A stretch of DNA of 63,938 bases, the filler included, from Octopus bimaculoides (lineage: Eukaryota): the NCBI RefSeq assembly GCF_001194135.2. It is 8 parts of 7 records of this genome, joined end to end, with 100 filler letters (N's around TTAATTAATTAA, not from the genome) between each part and the next. Parts side by side here need not be neighbours in the genome. Positions count along the whole stretch, not along the records: positions 4,527 to 23,702 come from NC_069005.1; positions 23,803 to 32,830 come from NC_068983.1; positions 32,931 to 46,755 come from NC_068983.1; 5 more parts are not named here. One strand, 5' to 3'. Each line of letters opens with the position of its first letter. Position 1 is the first letter of the stretch. The notes under the pieces are model-generated. The model was not told where the DNA came from and searched no databases. It saw only the letters and a list, made by a program, of their open reading frames with translations. Below are positions 23,561 to 36,175 of the stretch, in pieces. A program made the position numbers and the translations under genes.

Positions 23561-23802
23561 TGTTTATTTAACCACTTGACATACTTAGGGTTACAGCCGT
23601 TTCGCAGTTTTTTTTCTTGTAGTAATAATTTCAGTGTTTACATGAATTATGTTTGCATGTCTGCATCACTTACGCATGCTACTCATAATAGACTACAACT
23701 GCNNNNNNNNNNNNNNNNNNNNNNNNNNNNNNNNNNNNNNNNNNNNTTAATTAATTAANNNNNNNNNNNNNNNNNNNNNNNNNNNNNNNNNNNNNNNNNN
23801 NN

Positions 23803-24065
23803 GTATCTGTCATTACAGTATCGAAATGTGATTGTTTCAGTTAGAATAGTTTCATTTTTAAAGTGAAAGTATTTGACATGAGTGTTTTTGTTTCACTTTT
23901 GACACGTAATACTTAAATAGTGGAGGAGATATTATGTTGCTGTGGGCTCGAACTCTGCAAGAAGTTAAAATTTTTTTTGACTAAAACACAACTGGAACCC
24001 TAAGTAAGGCATGTGTAAAATTTGAATGAAATTGGTTGCGTAGTTCTCGAGTTTTAGGGATTCAC

Positions 24066-24096
<31 letters not shown>

Positions 24097-24122
24097 CACA
24101 TTCTCATTTTTATATATATAGA
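23803..24122 (-). mobile_element. Helitron-like non-autonomous element 5' end
   Basis: Minus strand a|TCTATATATATAAAAATGAGAATG-(TGTC)n...accaatttcattcaaattttacac, an architecture typical of Helitron 5' termini. Confidence 0.55.
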
Positions 24123-24389
24123 TATACACACGACAGACGTCTTATAGTTTCCGTCGACCAAATCTACTCAAAAGGCTTTGGTCAACCCGAGGCTATAGTA
24201 GGAGACCCTTGCCTAAGGTGTCGTGCAGTGGGACAGAACACGGAACCATACGGTTAGGAAGTGCCTCAGCTTAAAAATGTCAACTGGAAAAGACTGCTGC
24301 TCACTATCACGTGGAAATGTTTTAGCAAAAAAATATATATCCTTTCCGTACATATATTGCAATGTTTTTTGTACATCTGTTTTTTTCTT

Positions 24390-24720
24390 TTTATTAAATT
24401 TCCAATATCTTACTGATCTTGTGTTTGTTTGAAGTGTTCTCTTTCAGAACTTTGTATAAGAGCTTGTGAGTTTCTGTTCAGTTTAAGGTGTGATTTCTTT
24501 TGACACTGTAGATGCTTCAAGATTAACAGTTCCCCGCTGTAGTTTAGATAAAGGTCTTTTGTTTTCAGATGTTCCTGAGCAGATGGTTCAGCCTCTGTTC
24601 ATAAATATTATCAGTTAGTTCTTTAAAACTATTATCCATATCCAACCGCGACATCTTTCCTTTGTCTTCGCGTTCATCTATTACTTTTTATTCATTTTGT
24701 CTTTGTGTTTCAGACTTTTG
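24390..24720 (-). mobile_element. Possible Penelope-like RT N-terminal relic
   Basis: KVIDEREDKGKMSRLDMDNSFKELTDNIYE resembles the PLE DKG motif region. Many stops. Confidence 0.35.
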
Positions 24721-24830
24721 CGTAAGTGTTTGCACTGAAGTGATTAAAACCAGTCAAGTACAGGTGTCGATGTAATCGACTTGCCCCACCTCTCAAAACT
24801 GCTGTCCTTGTGCTAAATTAAGAAATAATT

Positions 24831-24866
<36 letters not shown>

Positions 24867-25078
24867 ATCATTATTATTATAAATGCGACGAGCTGGTAGA
24901 ATCTTTAGCACTCAAAATTGCAGGCCTTGCGCCTTTAGTAGAAAGGATTATTAATATTATTGAAACAAAGTTCACGTTTATTGTTATTCCTGGTAGAATT
25001 TATGTGGGTAGCGGGTTACTACCTGTAACCTTAGGTATCCATACGTTTTCGGCATTTTTTCAAATGCTTAGAACCCAC

Positions 25079-25133
<55 letters not shown>

Positions 25134-25168
25134 TAATAATGGCTGAATCATCATCATCATCATCATCA

Positions 25169-25215
<47 letters not shown>

Positions 25216-25958
25216 GAGTGAGCGAGCAGTGCATGCCATCAAAGTGAAACTGGGGTAAAATATACAAAGCCCATTGTACCCATCATGACTACCCGTCTGA
25301 TAAGGGTACACCAGGCAAATGCATCACAACCATATGTGCGCGACATGGGGATTTCATATCAAGATAAACAGCGCATGACCTCGCAGGTGTAAAAATGTTA
25401 TAAATAACCAATTTAAAGCTGTATTCTTCAAATCTGTGTTTCTTACAAACGCACACACATACATTGCATATATAATTAGGGTCAAAATAAAGCTAAACAA
25501 ATGTCTTAAGAAAGACCCAACGGTGGCTCTTCTATCTGACACAACGTTCAGATTTAAGTAGTGAGTATTAAATAATAGATTAAATCTTTTATCTTTTACT
25601 TGTGTCAGTCATTAGATTGCGGACAAGCTGAAGCACCACCTTGAAGAACTTTAGTCGTACGAATTGACTCCAGAACTTATTTTTTTTAAAGCTTAGTAAT
25701 TTTTAAAGCGTGGTAATTATTCTATCGGTCACTTTTGCCGACCCGCTAGATAACGGGGACGTAAGCACCAACACATACCCCACTCAAACACATGACGAAC
25801 TTCTTTCAGTTTCCGTTTACTAAATCCACTCACAAGGTTTTGGTTGGCCAGAGACTACAGTAGAAGACACTCTCTCGAGGTACCACACAGAGGGACAGAA
25901 CCTGCAACGTGTGGTTCGGAAGCAAACTTCTTAGCATACAGTCACGCCACTGTTACTA

Positions 25959-26850
25959 CAGGGTGGGTGGAAAGTAACTAGGCATTAGAAATTGCTTATA
26001 GAATTTTTAGTATTACTGAAATCATGACGAAAACATTTTTTTAAACAGACAACACAAATGAGGATTTTTAATTTTCTTATTGTCTTATTTCTTATTACTT
26101 ATTTTCCAGATGGCCGGTCGCTTGACTGTTCAGAAGCGAGCTAAGATGGCAGCACGCTATGAAGTGTGGAATTCCATTATTTTGGCAGCGTGTATAGAAA
26201 GGTAAGTATGCAACACTACGTCCGGAGACAATAAAAAGTTGTCATCCAAAGCTGATGACCACGGGCTCTGTGAACAATGCAAGAAGTGGCCATCCAACCT
26301 CATTCCGATCAGCGGAGAACGTGGCAACAGTGCAAGAAAGGTTTAATCGCAGCCCGCAAAAGTCAACACGTCAAGCAGCTCGTGAAAGTGGACTAACAAG
26401 ACACAGAATACGTACGTGTTGCATAAAGAATTGAATTTTTGTCTGTGGAAACCTCATTACGTGCAGGAGCTAAAACCTGAAGACTGTGACCGCAGAATGG
26501 AATATGGAATGGCCTCCAAGAAGTCCAGACTCACTCCATGTGATTTTTACCTGTGAGGTTGCACTAAAGAGGTGTACAAGACAGAACCTCGCACACTGGA
26601 AGACTTGGAGACACGGATTCAGGAGGTTGCCAATGATATCCCAGATGACATCCTTCAGAAGGTTGTTCATTCCATCCCTGGCCGTTGAAGAAACTGGTTG
26701 ACGCCACCGATGCTTAAGTTGAAATATGAATATTTACTTTCACTTTTTGCATGTAATAAAGAACATGTATCATTTGTTTCAATAAATTTGTAAAAGGAAT
26801 ATGGATTTAATTATAAAATTTTAATGCCTACCTACTTCTCATCCACCCTG
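25959..26850 (+). mobile_element. Internally deleted Tc1/mariner with both TIRs and TA duplication
   Basis: TA-CAGGGTGGGTGGAAAGTAACTAGGCATT ... AATGCCTACCTACTTCTCATCCACCCTG-TA. Relic ORF includes RSPQKSTRQAARESG and WPPRSPD. Confidence 0.85.
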
Positions 26851-27270
26851 TACATCAAATATAGCCTTTTTAAAAAATCATATTTATTAAACAGTAATTA
26901 ACAGTAAGCTGTATACACAAATTAATAACTAATAATTAGGGTAACAGGACAAAATGCAAATTTTCAACCCATTTTTTTTCATTTAATAATTATTACCATT
27001 TACACAATAAGGGAAGTCAGGCACTGCATGTACATTTTATGGTACCTCTTTTCACTTGGGGGCTATAAGCACGTGCATTATTTGTTTAATGCTTAATCTG
27101 AATCTGCATGTAAAAGGGAGAGATAGTATGATTATATGAGGGTCGAGGGTAAAAGAGATAGAAAGAGGAATCTCGGTGTTTGAAGGTGAATGGGCGCATG
27201 TGTATATATGTATATGAGAAAAAGAAAGTAATAAAGATAGATAGGTAGATAGATAGATTGATTGGGAGAA

Positions 27271-27304
<34 letters not shown>

Positions 27305-27309
27305 TGAGA

Positions 27310-27352
<43 letters not shown>

Positions 27353-27467
27353 AAATGATTGTCTATGCGTATGTTTGTCTGATAAGGACAGAGAAAGAGA
27401 TGCTGCGCAAAAGAGAAAAGAACAAACTGAAAGTGAGCGATGGAGATAAAAGGGACACACACACACA

Positions 27468-27509
<42 letters not shown>

Positions 27510-29460
27510 TACACACACACACACACACATAAATATACACACACACACTCACGGACACACACATGCACATTCACACACACATTCATACCTATATATATAT
27601 ATATATCCGTACTTATATGTACAATTGTATACATACATACACATTTATGCATATATAATTATCCATGCATTCATACATATATAAATATAAATATTCATAC
27701 ATGTATATACATGTTTATGCATATACATATATATATATACATTTGCGTGAGTTTGTGCGTGTATGTGTGTGTGTGTTTGTGTTTGTGTGTGTGTGTGTGT
27801 GTGTGATGCGTTTGTATGTATATATGTATGCATACGCACATGCGCACACATATGTAAGTAGGCAGAGAGAAAGATAAGAGAAAACAGAAAGTATGAGAGA
27901 GTCCTATCGCGCGTGTATATTACTTATACATAACCATGTACTTACGTATATATGCACTTACTTTTGTGTTTGTGCGTAAAATATAGTATGCATATATGTG
28001 CTCATAGCTGCATGTGTAGATCTGTGTGTGTGTGTGTGTGTGTATGTGATCATGAAAGGGTGTATACGTAAGTATGCGTGTGTATACCTGTATTTGTACG
28101 TGTATGTATATCTATGTGTTATGTATGTGTTTGTGTATGTATGTATGTATATATGAGTATTTGTGTTTACATATCCATGTGGATGTGAATGTGTATACAT
28201 GTATATATACCAATGTGTATGAGTTTGAGGTGGTGCATTTATATATATGCATATATATATATGCGTATATATATATATATATATATATATATNNNNNNNN
28301 NNNNNNNNNNNNNNNNNNNNNNNNNNNNNNNNNNNNNNNNNNNNNNNNNNNNNNNNNNNNNNNNNNNNNNNNNNNNNNNNNNNNNNNNNNNNNNNNNNNN
28401 NNNNNNNNNNNNNNNNNNNNNNNNNNNNNNNNNNNNNNNNNNNNNNNNNNNNNNNNNNNNNNNNNNNNNNNNNNNNNNNNNNNNNNNNNNNNNNNNNNNN
28501 NNNNNNNNNNNNNNNNNNNNNNNNNNNNNNNNNNNNNNNNNNNNNNNNNNNNNNNNNNNNNNNNNNNNNNNNNNNNNNNNNNNNNNNNNNNNNNNNNNNN
28601 NNNNNNNNNNNNNNNNNNNNNNNNNNNNNNNNNNNNNNNNNNNNNNNNNNNNNNNNNNNNNNNNNNNNNNNNNNNNNNNNNNNNNNNNNNNNNNNNNNNN
28701 NNNNNNNNNNNNNNNNNNNNNNNNNNNNNNNNNNNNNNNNNNNNNNNNNNNNNNNNNNNNNNNNNNNNNNNNNNNNNNNNNNNNNNNNNNNNNNNNNNNN
28801 NNNNNNNNNNNNNNNNNNNNNNNNNNNNNNNNNNNNNNNNNNNNNNNNNNNNNNNNNNNNNNNNNNNNNNNNNNNNNNNNNNNNNNNNNNNNNNNNNNNN
28901 NNNNNNNNNNNNNNNNNNNNNNNNNNNNNNNNNNNNNNNNNNNNNNNNNNNNNNNNNNNNNNNNNNNNNNNNNNNNNNNNNNNNNNNNNNNNNNNNNNNN
29001 NNNNNNNNNNNNNNNNNNNNNNNNNNNNNNNNNNNNNNNNNNNNNNNNNNNNNNNNNNNNNNNNNNNNNNNNNNNNNNNNNNNNNNNNNNNNNNNNNNNN
29101 NNNNNNNNNNNNNNNNNNNNNNNNNNNNNNNNNNNNNNNNNNNNNNNTCGACCAGAGCGGAATTTGAACTCAGAAAGTAAAAACGGACGAAATGCCGCTA
29201 AGCATTTTACCTGGCGCGGTAACGATTCTGACGGCTCGCTGCCTTAATAATAATGATAATAATAATAATGGTTTCAAATTTTTGCCACAAAAGCAGCAAT
29301 TTTTTTGTGAGGGATGAGTCGATTACATCGAACCCAGTGTTCAACTGGTACTTATTTTATCGACGTCGAAAGGATGTAAGGCAAAGCCGACCTCGGCTGA
29401 ATTTGAGCTCAGATCTTAAGGACGGACGAAATACAGCCAAGCATTTTGCCCACAAAATCC

Positions 29461-29612
29461 TCTGCATGGCAAATATGTAGCCCGTAGCAAGCAAGCTGAT
29501 GTAGACCAGAAGTACACACATCAGCGGCTACGGTGCTGAAGACTAAAGGCAGAGAATGAAGACTTTATCTTGGCTGTCCAAGATCAGAGGTTATTGACTC
29601 GGAACTATGTAT
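29461..29612 (+). mobile_element. R4/Dong fragment
   Basis: LHGKYVARSKQADVDQKYTHQRLR..LKAENEDFILAVQDQRLLTRNY. Confidence 0.7.
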
Positions 29613-29689
29613 ACAGTACGTTTCTCTGCCCTAGGGTGCCAGGAAGAGACTCGGCAAGAAATGAAAACAGAAAGAAGAGGCTAATGAAA

Positions 29690-30120
29690 ATAATGATAAC
29701 AATAATGATTTCATTTATTTGCCACAAGGACGAAAGATAATAGGGACAATACGAAGTCAGACATAAAGTGTGGGGTTTTACATATAATGAAATGATAAAA
29801 GAAAAAAGGAAAGAAGGTATACACGGTATACACTGAAAAAAGAAAGCAAATATGCATAGCAGACAATGGTTAAAAAACGTGGCGAGGAGGATGATAGAGA
29901 TGTGGCCCTCCTGTTACAGGAAGGCCTCTAGGGATAATCGAGGAACCCTACTGTTCGAGATTTCGTTGAAACCTGAAGTGCAAGTGCCGTCTCTAAGTCC
30001 TTCTCTCCGACTCACAGGTATACACTTAGTGAGGTACCATCAAATCTTGCCGTTTTCGCAACATTCACCCACCTTTCAATAAACTCACTCGAAGACAGCA
30101 CTTCCCTTTCTACTCTCAAT
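29690..30120 (-). mobile_element. L1/Tx1-like LINE 3' end
   Basis: RVEREVLSSSEFIERWVNVAKTARFDGTSLSVYL* followed by a pyrimidine-rich 3' UTR. Confidence 0.55.
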
Positions 30121-30129
30121 TTCCTTTTC

Positions 30130-30657
30130 AAGTGAAACTAAAAATGCCCTGATACAGTACCAGGCAGTGCCCTCGTGGTTTTTGATCTTTACTGATTGGA
30201 AGTGTTATCCTGTATATTGTTTTGTCTTGGTATAAAGCTGGACTACAAAATATATTCTGCTCCATACCACAGATGTGCTTGTCAGTTGGTTGACCATGAC
30301 CAGTTGAGCATGTCCCTTAGTGGCTGACAATATGTGCATCTCTGATCACGAGCAGAAGTAGTGGGAATGCATCATAGCCATGTGTTGAGAGGAATTCTTT
30401 GGGTTTTGAATAATTCACCACTTGAAACATGGGTGTTTTGTTCATCATCCTTCAACAAACCTTATTCAGGGACCTTTTGAGCCCACCTGCAAGGTCATGC
30501 GCTGTTTATCTTTATATAAGATCACTATATGGCGAACATATGCTTGTGATGCATGTGCCTGGTGTACCCTTACCTGACAAGTAGTCATGATGGGTATATT
30601 GGGCTTCGCATATTTGACTCCACTGTCAATTTGATGACATACGTAGCTCTCTCACTC

Positions 30658-30690
<33 letters not shown>
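30130..30690 (+). mobile_element. 3' UTR of a (TAA)n-tailed non-LTR element (Dong-like)
   Basis: Ends ctctcactcaataataat. Homologous reverse copy at 25212-25375. The same terminus is fused to Dong RT sequence at 43350-43381. Confidence 0.6.
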
Positions 30691-30699
<9 letters not shown>

Positions 30700-30766
30700 T
30701 ATATGTTCATGTACACACACATAGACAGACAGACAAAGGTACATATATATGCGTATATGTATATAC

Positions 30767-30801
<35 letters not shown>

Positions 30802-31120
30802 GAGATTTAACATTGCTTATATATATATATATATATATATANNNNNNNNNNNNNNNNNNNNNNNNNNNNNNNNNNNNNNNNNNNNNNNNNNNNNNNNNNN
30901 NNNNNNNNNNNNNNNNNNNNNNNNNNNNNNNNNNNNNNNNNNNNNNNNNNNNNNNNNNNNNNNNNNNNNNNNNNNNNNNNNNNNNNNNNNNNNNNNNNNN
31001 NNNNNNNNNNNNNNNNNNNNNNNNNNNNNNNNNNNNNNNNNNNNNNNNNNNNNNNNNNNNNNNNNNNNNNNNNNNNNNNNNNNNNNNNNNNNNNNNNNNN
31101 NNNNNNNNNNNNNNNNNNNN

Positions 31121-31182
31121 ATAAATATATAGGGATTGACAGTAACCTGCTTCTAGGTTACTGTCAATCCCTATATATTTAT
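31121..31182. repeat. Perfect 28-bp inverted repeat with 6-nt loop
   Basis: ataaatatatagggattgacagtaacct-gcttct-aggttactgtcaatccctatatatttat. Confidence 0.9.
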
Positions 31183-31265
31183 GATTATATATATATATAT
31201 ATATGTATATACATGTGTATATTTACATATATTTACATATATACGCATATATGCACGTCTGTCTG

Positions 31266-31326
<61 letters not shown>

Positions 31327-31513
31327 TTATCTATCTATCTATCTGTCTGTCTGTCTGTCTATTTATCTATCTATATGTCTCTATATGCATATTTATTCAC
31401 ACTTACAAGCAACACAGCTATACTCACACGTCATGTTTCTCCATCGAAGCGACGATGACCATCTAGCCATCCTTAAGGATTACCGATGACTTGTGTTCTG
31501 ACTTTGTTTAAAG

Positions 31514-31581
31514 CGAAGAAGAGTTGCGTACCATCAAGTGCACTCTCTCATCCATGACCATCTTCAGTTGTAAAACAAGAG
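31514..31581 (+). other. Candidate 68-nt exon
   Basis: actttgtttaaag|...GAG|gtaaga. One fully open frame (EEELRTIKCTLSSMTIFSCKTR). No homology recognised. Confidence 0.25.
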
Positions 31582-32545
31582 GTAAGACGACTGGGAATGG
31601 ATGGATGACCAAGGTATCTTACTATCTCATGTTGCTCTCAGCACTACACAATGCGTTGCTGAAGCCTCCTTCTCCTCCGTTAAGGTAGCCAAACCTAAAT
31701 ATACTAATTAACCTATAGTGCTTCTACTCCGGATCAGAGTAGCCCGGGGAAGAATACACATATTCAAAGGTGATAATGTAATCTATCACAAATTAGTTGG
31801 GGGTGAATACAGATAAAGTATGTACTGTTTCTCTTGGTTTATTGAGAACCTCAAAGAAGCGAAACAAACAGTTGTCAACACAGATTTCAATAAATTCAGG
31901 CTACTATTTAAATGTGCGTGGCCTAGTGGTTAGCGCGTTCGGCATGCTATCATACTTTGGTAAGTTCAATTTTGGGATAGAACAACTCGTTATGTACTTC
32001 AACATGACACTTCATCTCATGTTCCATCTGTAATAAGCACCGGCAGGGTGTTAGTGCTAATTTGTTTTCATCCATGTGCCACATCCGAGTTGTTCCGCTG
32101 GAGCAAGGTTGAAATGTCCAAGAAGGTGTCTATGTCTGCTGGTGAATAAATAGTCACCTATAGCAATTTGCGAAAGAATGGCTATCTGCGCTCCTGGATC
32201 ATGATGGATGCGCTGTACTCTTTTTCTTTTTTTATCTACTGCAAACTAGTGACTAATTTTGATTACTCAACCTAGCTTGTATTACGCACTTATATATNNN
32301 NNNNNNNNNNNNNNNNNNNNNNNNNNNNNNNNNNNNNNNNNNNNNNNNNNNNNNNNNNNNNNNNNNNNNNNNNNNNNNNNNNNNNNNNNNNNNNNNNTAC
32401 CTGTTGGTTGCTTCGAGAGACAGGGAAAAACACGTCTTAACACTACAAAACCGGAAGTATATATATATCCATGTATATATATTATACACATATATACATA
32501 CACACATACACATATATACACACATACATACATACATACATACAT

Positions 32546-32614
<69 letters not shown>

Positions 32615-32930
32615 CACGCACATATATATACATATCTATATAGATACATACACACATACATACATACATACAAAGACGTACACGCACACACAAGTTTGAA
32701 GCTCGTGTCAACATTTTCCTTTCAAAAATGAACTTAATTCTTTACGTAAATGTATTCAGTAACATTTCATTTACCGTTTCAATGTCTTTATATATAATTC
32801 CACACAAAAGCAAACATATCATATATATATNNNNNNNNNNNNNNNNNNNNNNNNNNNNNNNNNNNNNNNNNNNNTTAATTAATTAANNNNNNNNNNNNNN
32901 NNNNNNNNNNNNNNNNNNNNNNNNNNNNNN

Positions 32931-32961
<31 letters not shown>

Positions 32962-33160
32962 CAAGGTTGGGATAAAATAATGGAAACCCCTTAAAATTCC
33001 AAACAAATTTATTTTAACATGGGGTAGGACCACCTTTGGCAGTAATTACAGCTTGGATTCTACGAGGTATGCACCCGGACAAAGTTTGAATTGTTTCCAA
33101 AGGAATTTTTGTCTATTCCTCAGCTAAAACAGTCTTCAGTTCTTGATGATGGTAGAAAGG
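32962..33160 (+). mobile_element. Tc1-like left terminus
   Basis: TA-CAAGGTTGGGATAAAATAATGGAAACCCC terminal sequence after a (TA)n run. Confidence 0.5.
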
Positions 33161-33164
33161 ATTA

Positions 33165-33350
33165 TTATTTCATTTACATACAGCAGATTAGACTGTTGGG
33201 AAAAAATTTTCAAACATTGAACTACAATAAGTAACCTTAGATGCCAAGAACTTTCCTAAGTATCCGAGTTGTTCTAATAACACTATTTTCTGGAGCTGCA
33301 CTTAATTGGGTTTTATACCCATTTCCTCTATCCATCTTTTCAGATGGTTC
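33165..33350 (-). mobile_element. R4/Dong C-terminal relic
   Basis: LKRWIEEMGIKPN*VQLQKIVLL..R(I)LRKVL-like C-terminus. Confidence 0.55.
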
Positions 33351-34119
33351 ATCCATGTGAACCTTTGCAGCTTTCTTCTTATTCTGAAAGCAGCTTGTTT
33401 TTTCCCCATACGTTTATCTATTTCCTTTTATATGTATCGTAGTTTTGTAAATTGTAGAAGGATGGGTTCGCTGTTTTAAGGGGTTGCTGATGTCTTTAGA
33501 TTTGGTGATTATGACGTAGAGTTACTTTTCCTCCTCAGTGAGCCAGTTACGTGTTATCTCCAGCTCCTTCAGTATCTTATTAACCATCTTAAATATTTTA
33601 ATCACAAGTTTGGAATCATATATGTTGGTGTTTCCCAGCTGTATTGATATTATCACTTCCCACGATTATTCAACAGCTACCAGTAGCAGTTGTTGCCATG
33701 GTGGTGGTATTAGAGATACTTGATGTTGTTGTAGTTGTCATTGTCGTTTTGACTGCTGTTGATACTGTTATTGTTCGCGATTGTGAATTTATATAACGGA
33801 GTGTAAATGAAATTCCAGCTAATTTGTGTCATTATTCTGGAACGTACGAACACTAACTAATCAAACATATTCAGGGACATACAGACAATGATTACACTAA
33901 CATATTCCAACTTACATACGAACACTAACAACGCAACACTGTCTTGTATAAAGGTATAGGTGGAGGCGTAGCTGTGTGGTAAGAAGTTAGCTTCCGATCC
34001 ACATGATCCCGGGTACAGTCCCCCTGCTTGGCACCACGGGCAAGTGCCTTCTACGATAGTCTCAGGCCGAGTAAAGCTTTGTGAGTGGATTCGGTAAACT
34101 GGAACTGAAAGAAACCCGT

Positions 34120-34185
<66 letters not shown>

Positions 34186-34679
34186 CGCACCACATCCACC
34201 GTTTTACAACCGGTGTCGGTGTGTTTATGTCCTAGTAACGTAGCAGTTTAGCAGTGGAGCCCGATAGAATAAGTATTAGGCTTTACAAAAAAAAAAAAAA
34301 AGAACTGGAGTTGATTTGTTTGCCTCAAATTCTTCAAGGCGGTGCCCCAGCATGGCTGCAGTCTTATGCCTGAAACAAGTAAAAGATAAAAAAAGAAAAA
34401 GAAAAAAGATAAATGCAACACTGTTTTCTGAAGAGGTATTCAAACGGTGGTTAACTGGCAGCAATAGATTCTTTTTTAAGATAAAAAATTCTGAGCACGT
34501 TAACAGATAGTATAAGAAAGAACTATTTAGCTTTATTCGTTAACTGTCCTGTCGTACTTCGCTCCCCATCCATCCTCTTCTTTTTCCCTCTCTTTTAATC
34601 CCCCTCTTTGTTTCCAAATGAGTATATACATACGTATATGCAAACACACACAAACAAACACACACACAACTGCTGAAAT

Positions 34680-34850
34680 CTATAAGTGTTTTCATTCTCT
34701 CTGTTTGTTTCCTCTTATCCCTTTCTGTTGAAGAGCTTACGCTCGAAACCTAAAGGATATTTTCATTTTCCCCGAGCGTCAAACTAATACACTTGCTTGT
34801 TGTTGATATACTTGTCTTCGTCTTTTGTTTTCCTATAAATTTCAACTATA
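34680..34850 (+). mobile_element. Penelope-like terminal repeat, CUGUUGA family (motif 34718-34757)
   Basis: Reverse-complement homology to 403-532. CTGTTGA-A-GAGC(ttac)GCTC-GAAAC. Confidence 0.45.
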
Positions 34851-34951
34851 CACATAAAGTTCTGTCTTGGTTTCCCTCCCCGTCTTTGTATCGTCCATCT
34901 GTTCGTATGTTTTCATTGTCGTCCGTTAGGTTCTTGTTCCGTTTTTGGGAG

Positions 34952-35001
<50 letters not shown>

Positions 35002-35374
35002 GTGTGTATAGACACCTCACTTTTCAGTCATTAAGATGGTGCTTATCGTGGCTATGAGCTGTTTTGACTCTTATTTCTAGCAATACTGGCGCTGGCTACC
35101 GCCCTTAGTCGCTTTGGTGACATATGTTTTTTGCCTTTTGGTTGAAAAATTGCTAACAAGCCACCCTTATTATTTATCTATATCAGCATGGCCGTAGTCA
35201 CATGACTGAAATTGATATAAACAGCCAGACGCAATGTGATACATAAAGGAAAAATTCTATCGTCACTAAGTGTGACTAAGGATGTCGAAGCACCTACGTT
35301 GCTAGAAATAAGAGTTAAAATACTCATAATGCTGCAGGAGGAGCGCAAAATGTATACACACATGCTGACAGGGG

Positions 35375-35435
<61 letters not shown>

Positions 35436-36131
35436 GTTAAAAATGGGGAAGACCAGTTTAGTGGATTACCTTAGGTTTCCCGTCCATAAAGGGTTTAGCA
35501 TTATAGCGAATCGTCAGATCCTAAAACTTGTTGGCCCAAGGCATCTTAAGAAAATGGGTGAAGAAATGCCTCACTACTCAAAGATAACAACGGGGATTAT
35601 CTCCCTTGGCTACTGGCTATCGACTTCTGGCTGTGCCGCCATCTTGTGGGTTCCAAAAGGCTAACAAGAATCTCGTGAAATGTATACAAGCATAAGCTCG
35701 CTTTGCTACCACGTGTTTTCGGGTTTAGTCTCAGACTGTATACAAGTATATATCACGGTATCACGGTATCAACCAGACTATCGTATGTTATACATCTCTG
35801 GTCACAATGCCTTCTGCATTGTTTTAGCTTTCGAATGGCTAGGTGAGCAGAGCAGCATTACCCCTGTTCGGAAGGCTAGTCTGTTGCACGGTTACTCATT
35901 TTTGCCATCTGAGTGGACTGGGGTAACGTAAAATGAAGCGTTTTGCTGAAGGACACAATGCTCCACTCGGTTCGAGAATCGAACCCATGACCAAGTGATC
36001 ATTCGTGCAACACCCTAGACCATGCACGAGTGGATTTGGTAGACGGAAACTAAAAGAAGCCCATCATATACATATGTGCGCGCGCGCGTGTAAAATATAT
36101 ACCTATTTATTAAAGCTTCAAAAACATCAAA

Positions 36132-36175
36132 AAACAGTTACTCAGAGTTTCACGTTTTTGTTCGTCGGACAATTG
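36132..36175 (-). ncRNA. Minimal hammerhead-like motif, U4C family (third copy)
   Basis: caattgt-CCGACGA-aca(aaaa)cgt-GAA-ACTCTGAGT-A-actgttt. Flank homologous to 22885-22936. Confidence 0.45.
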
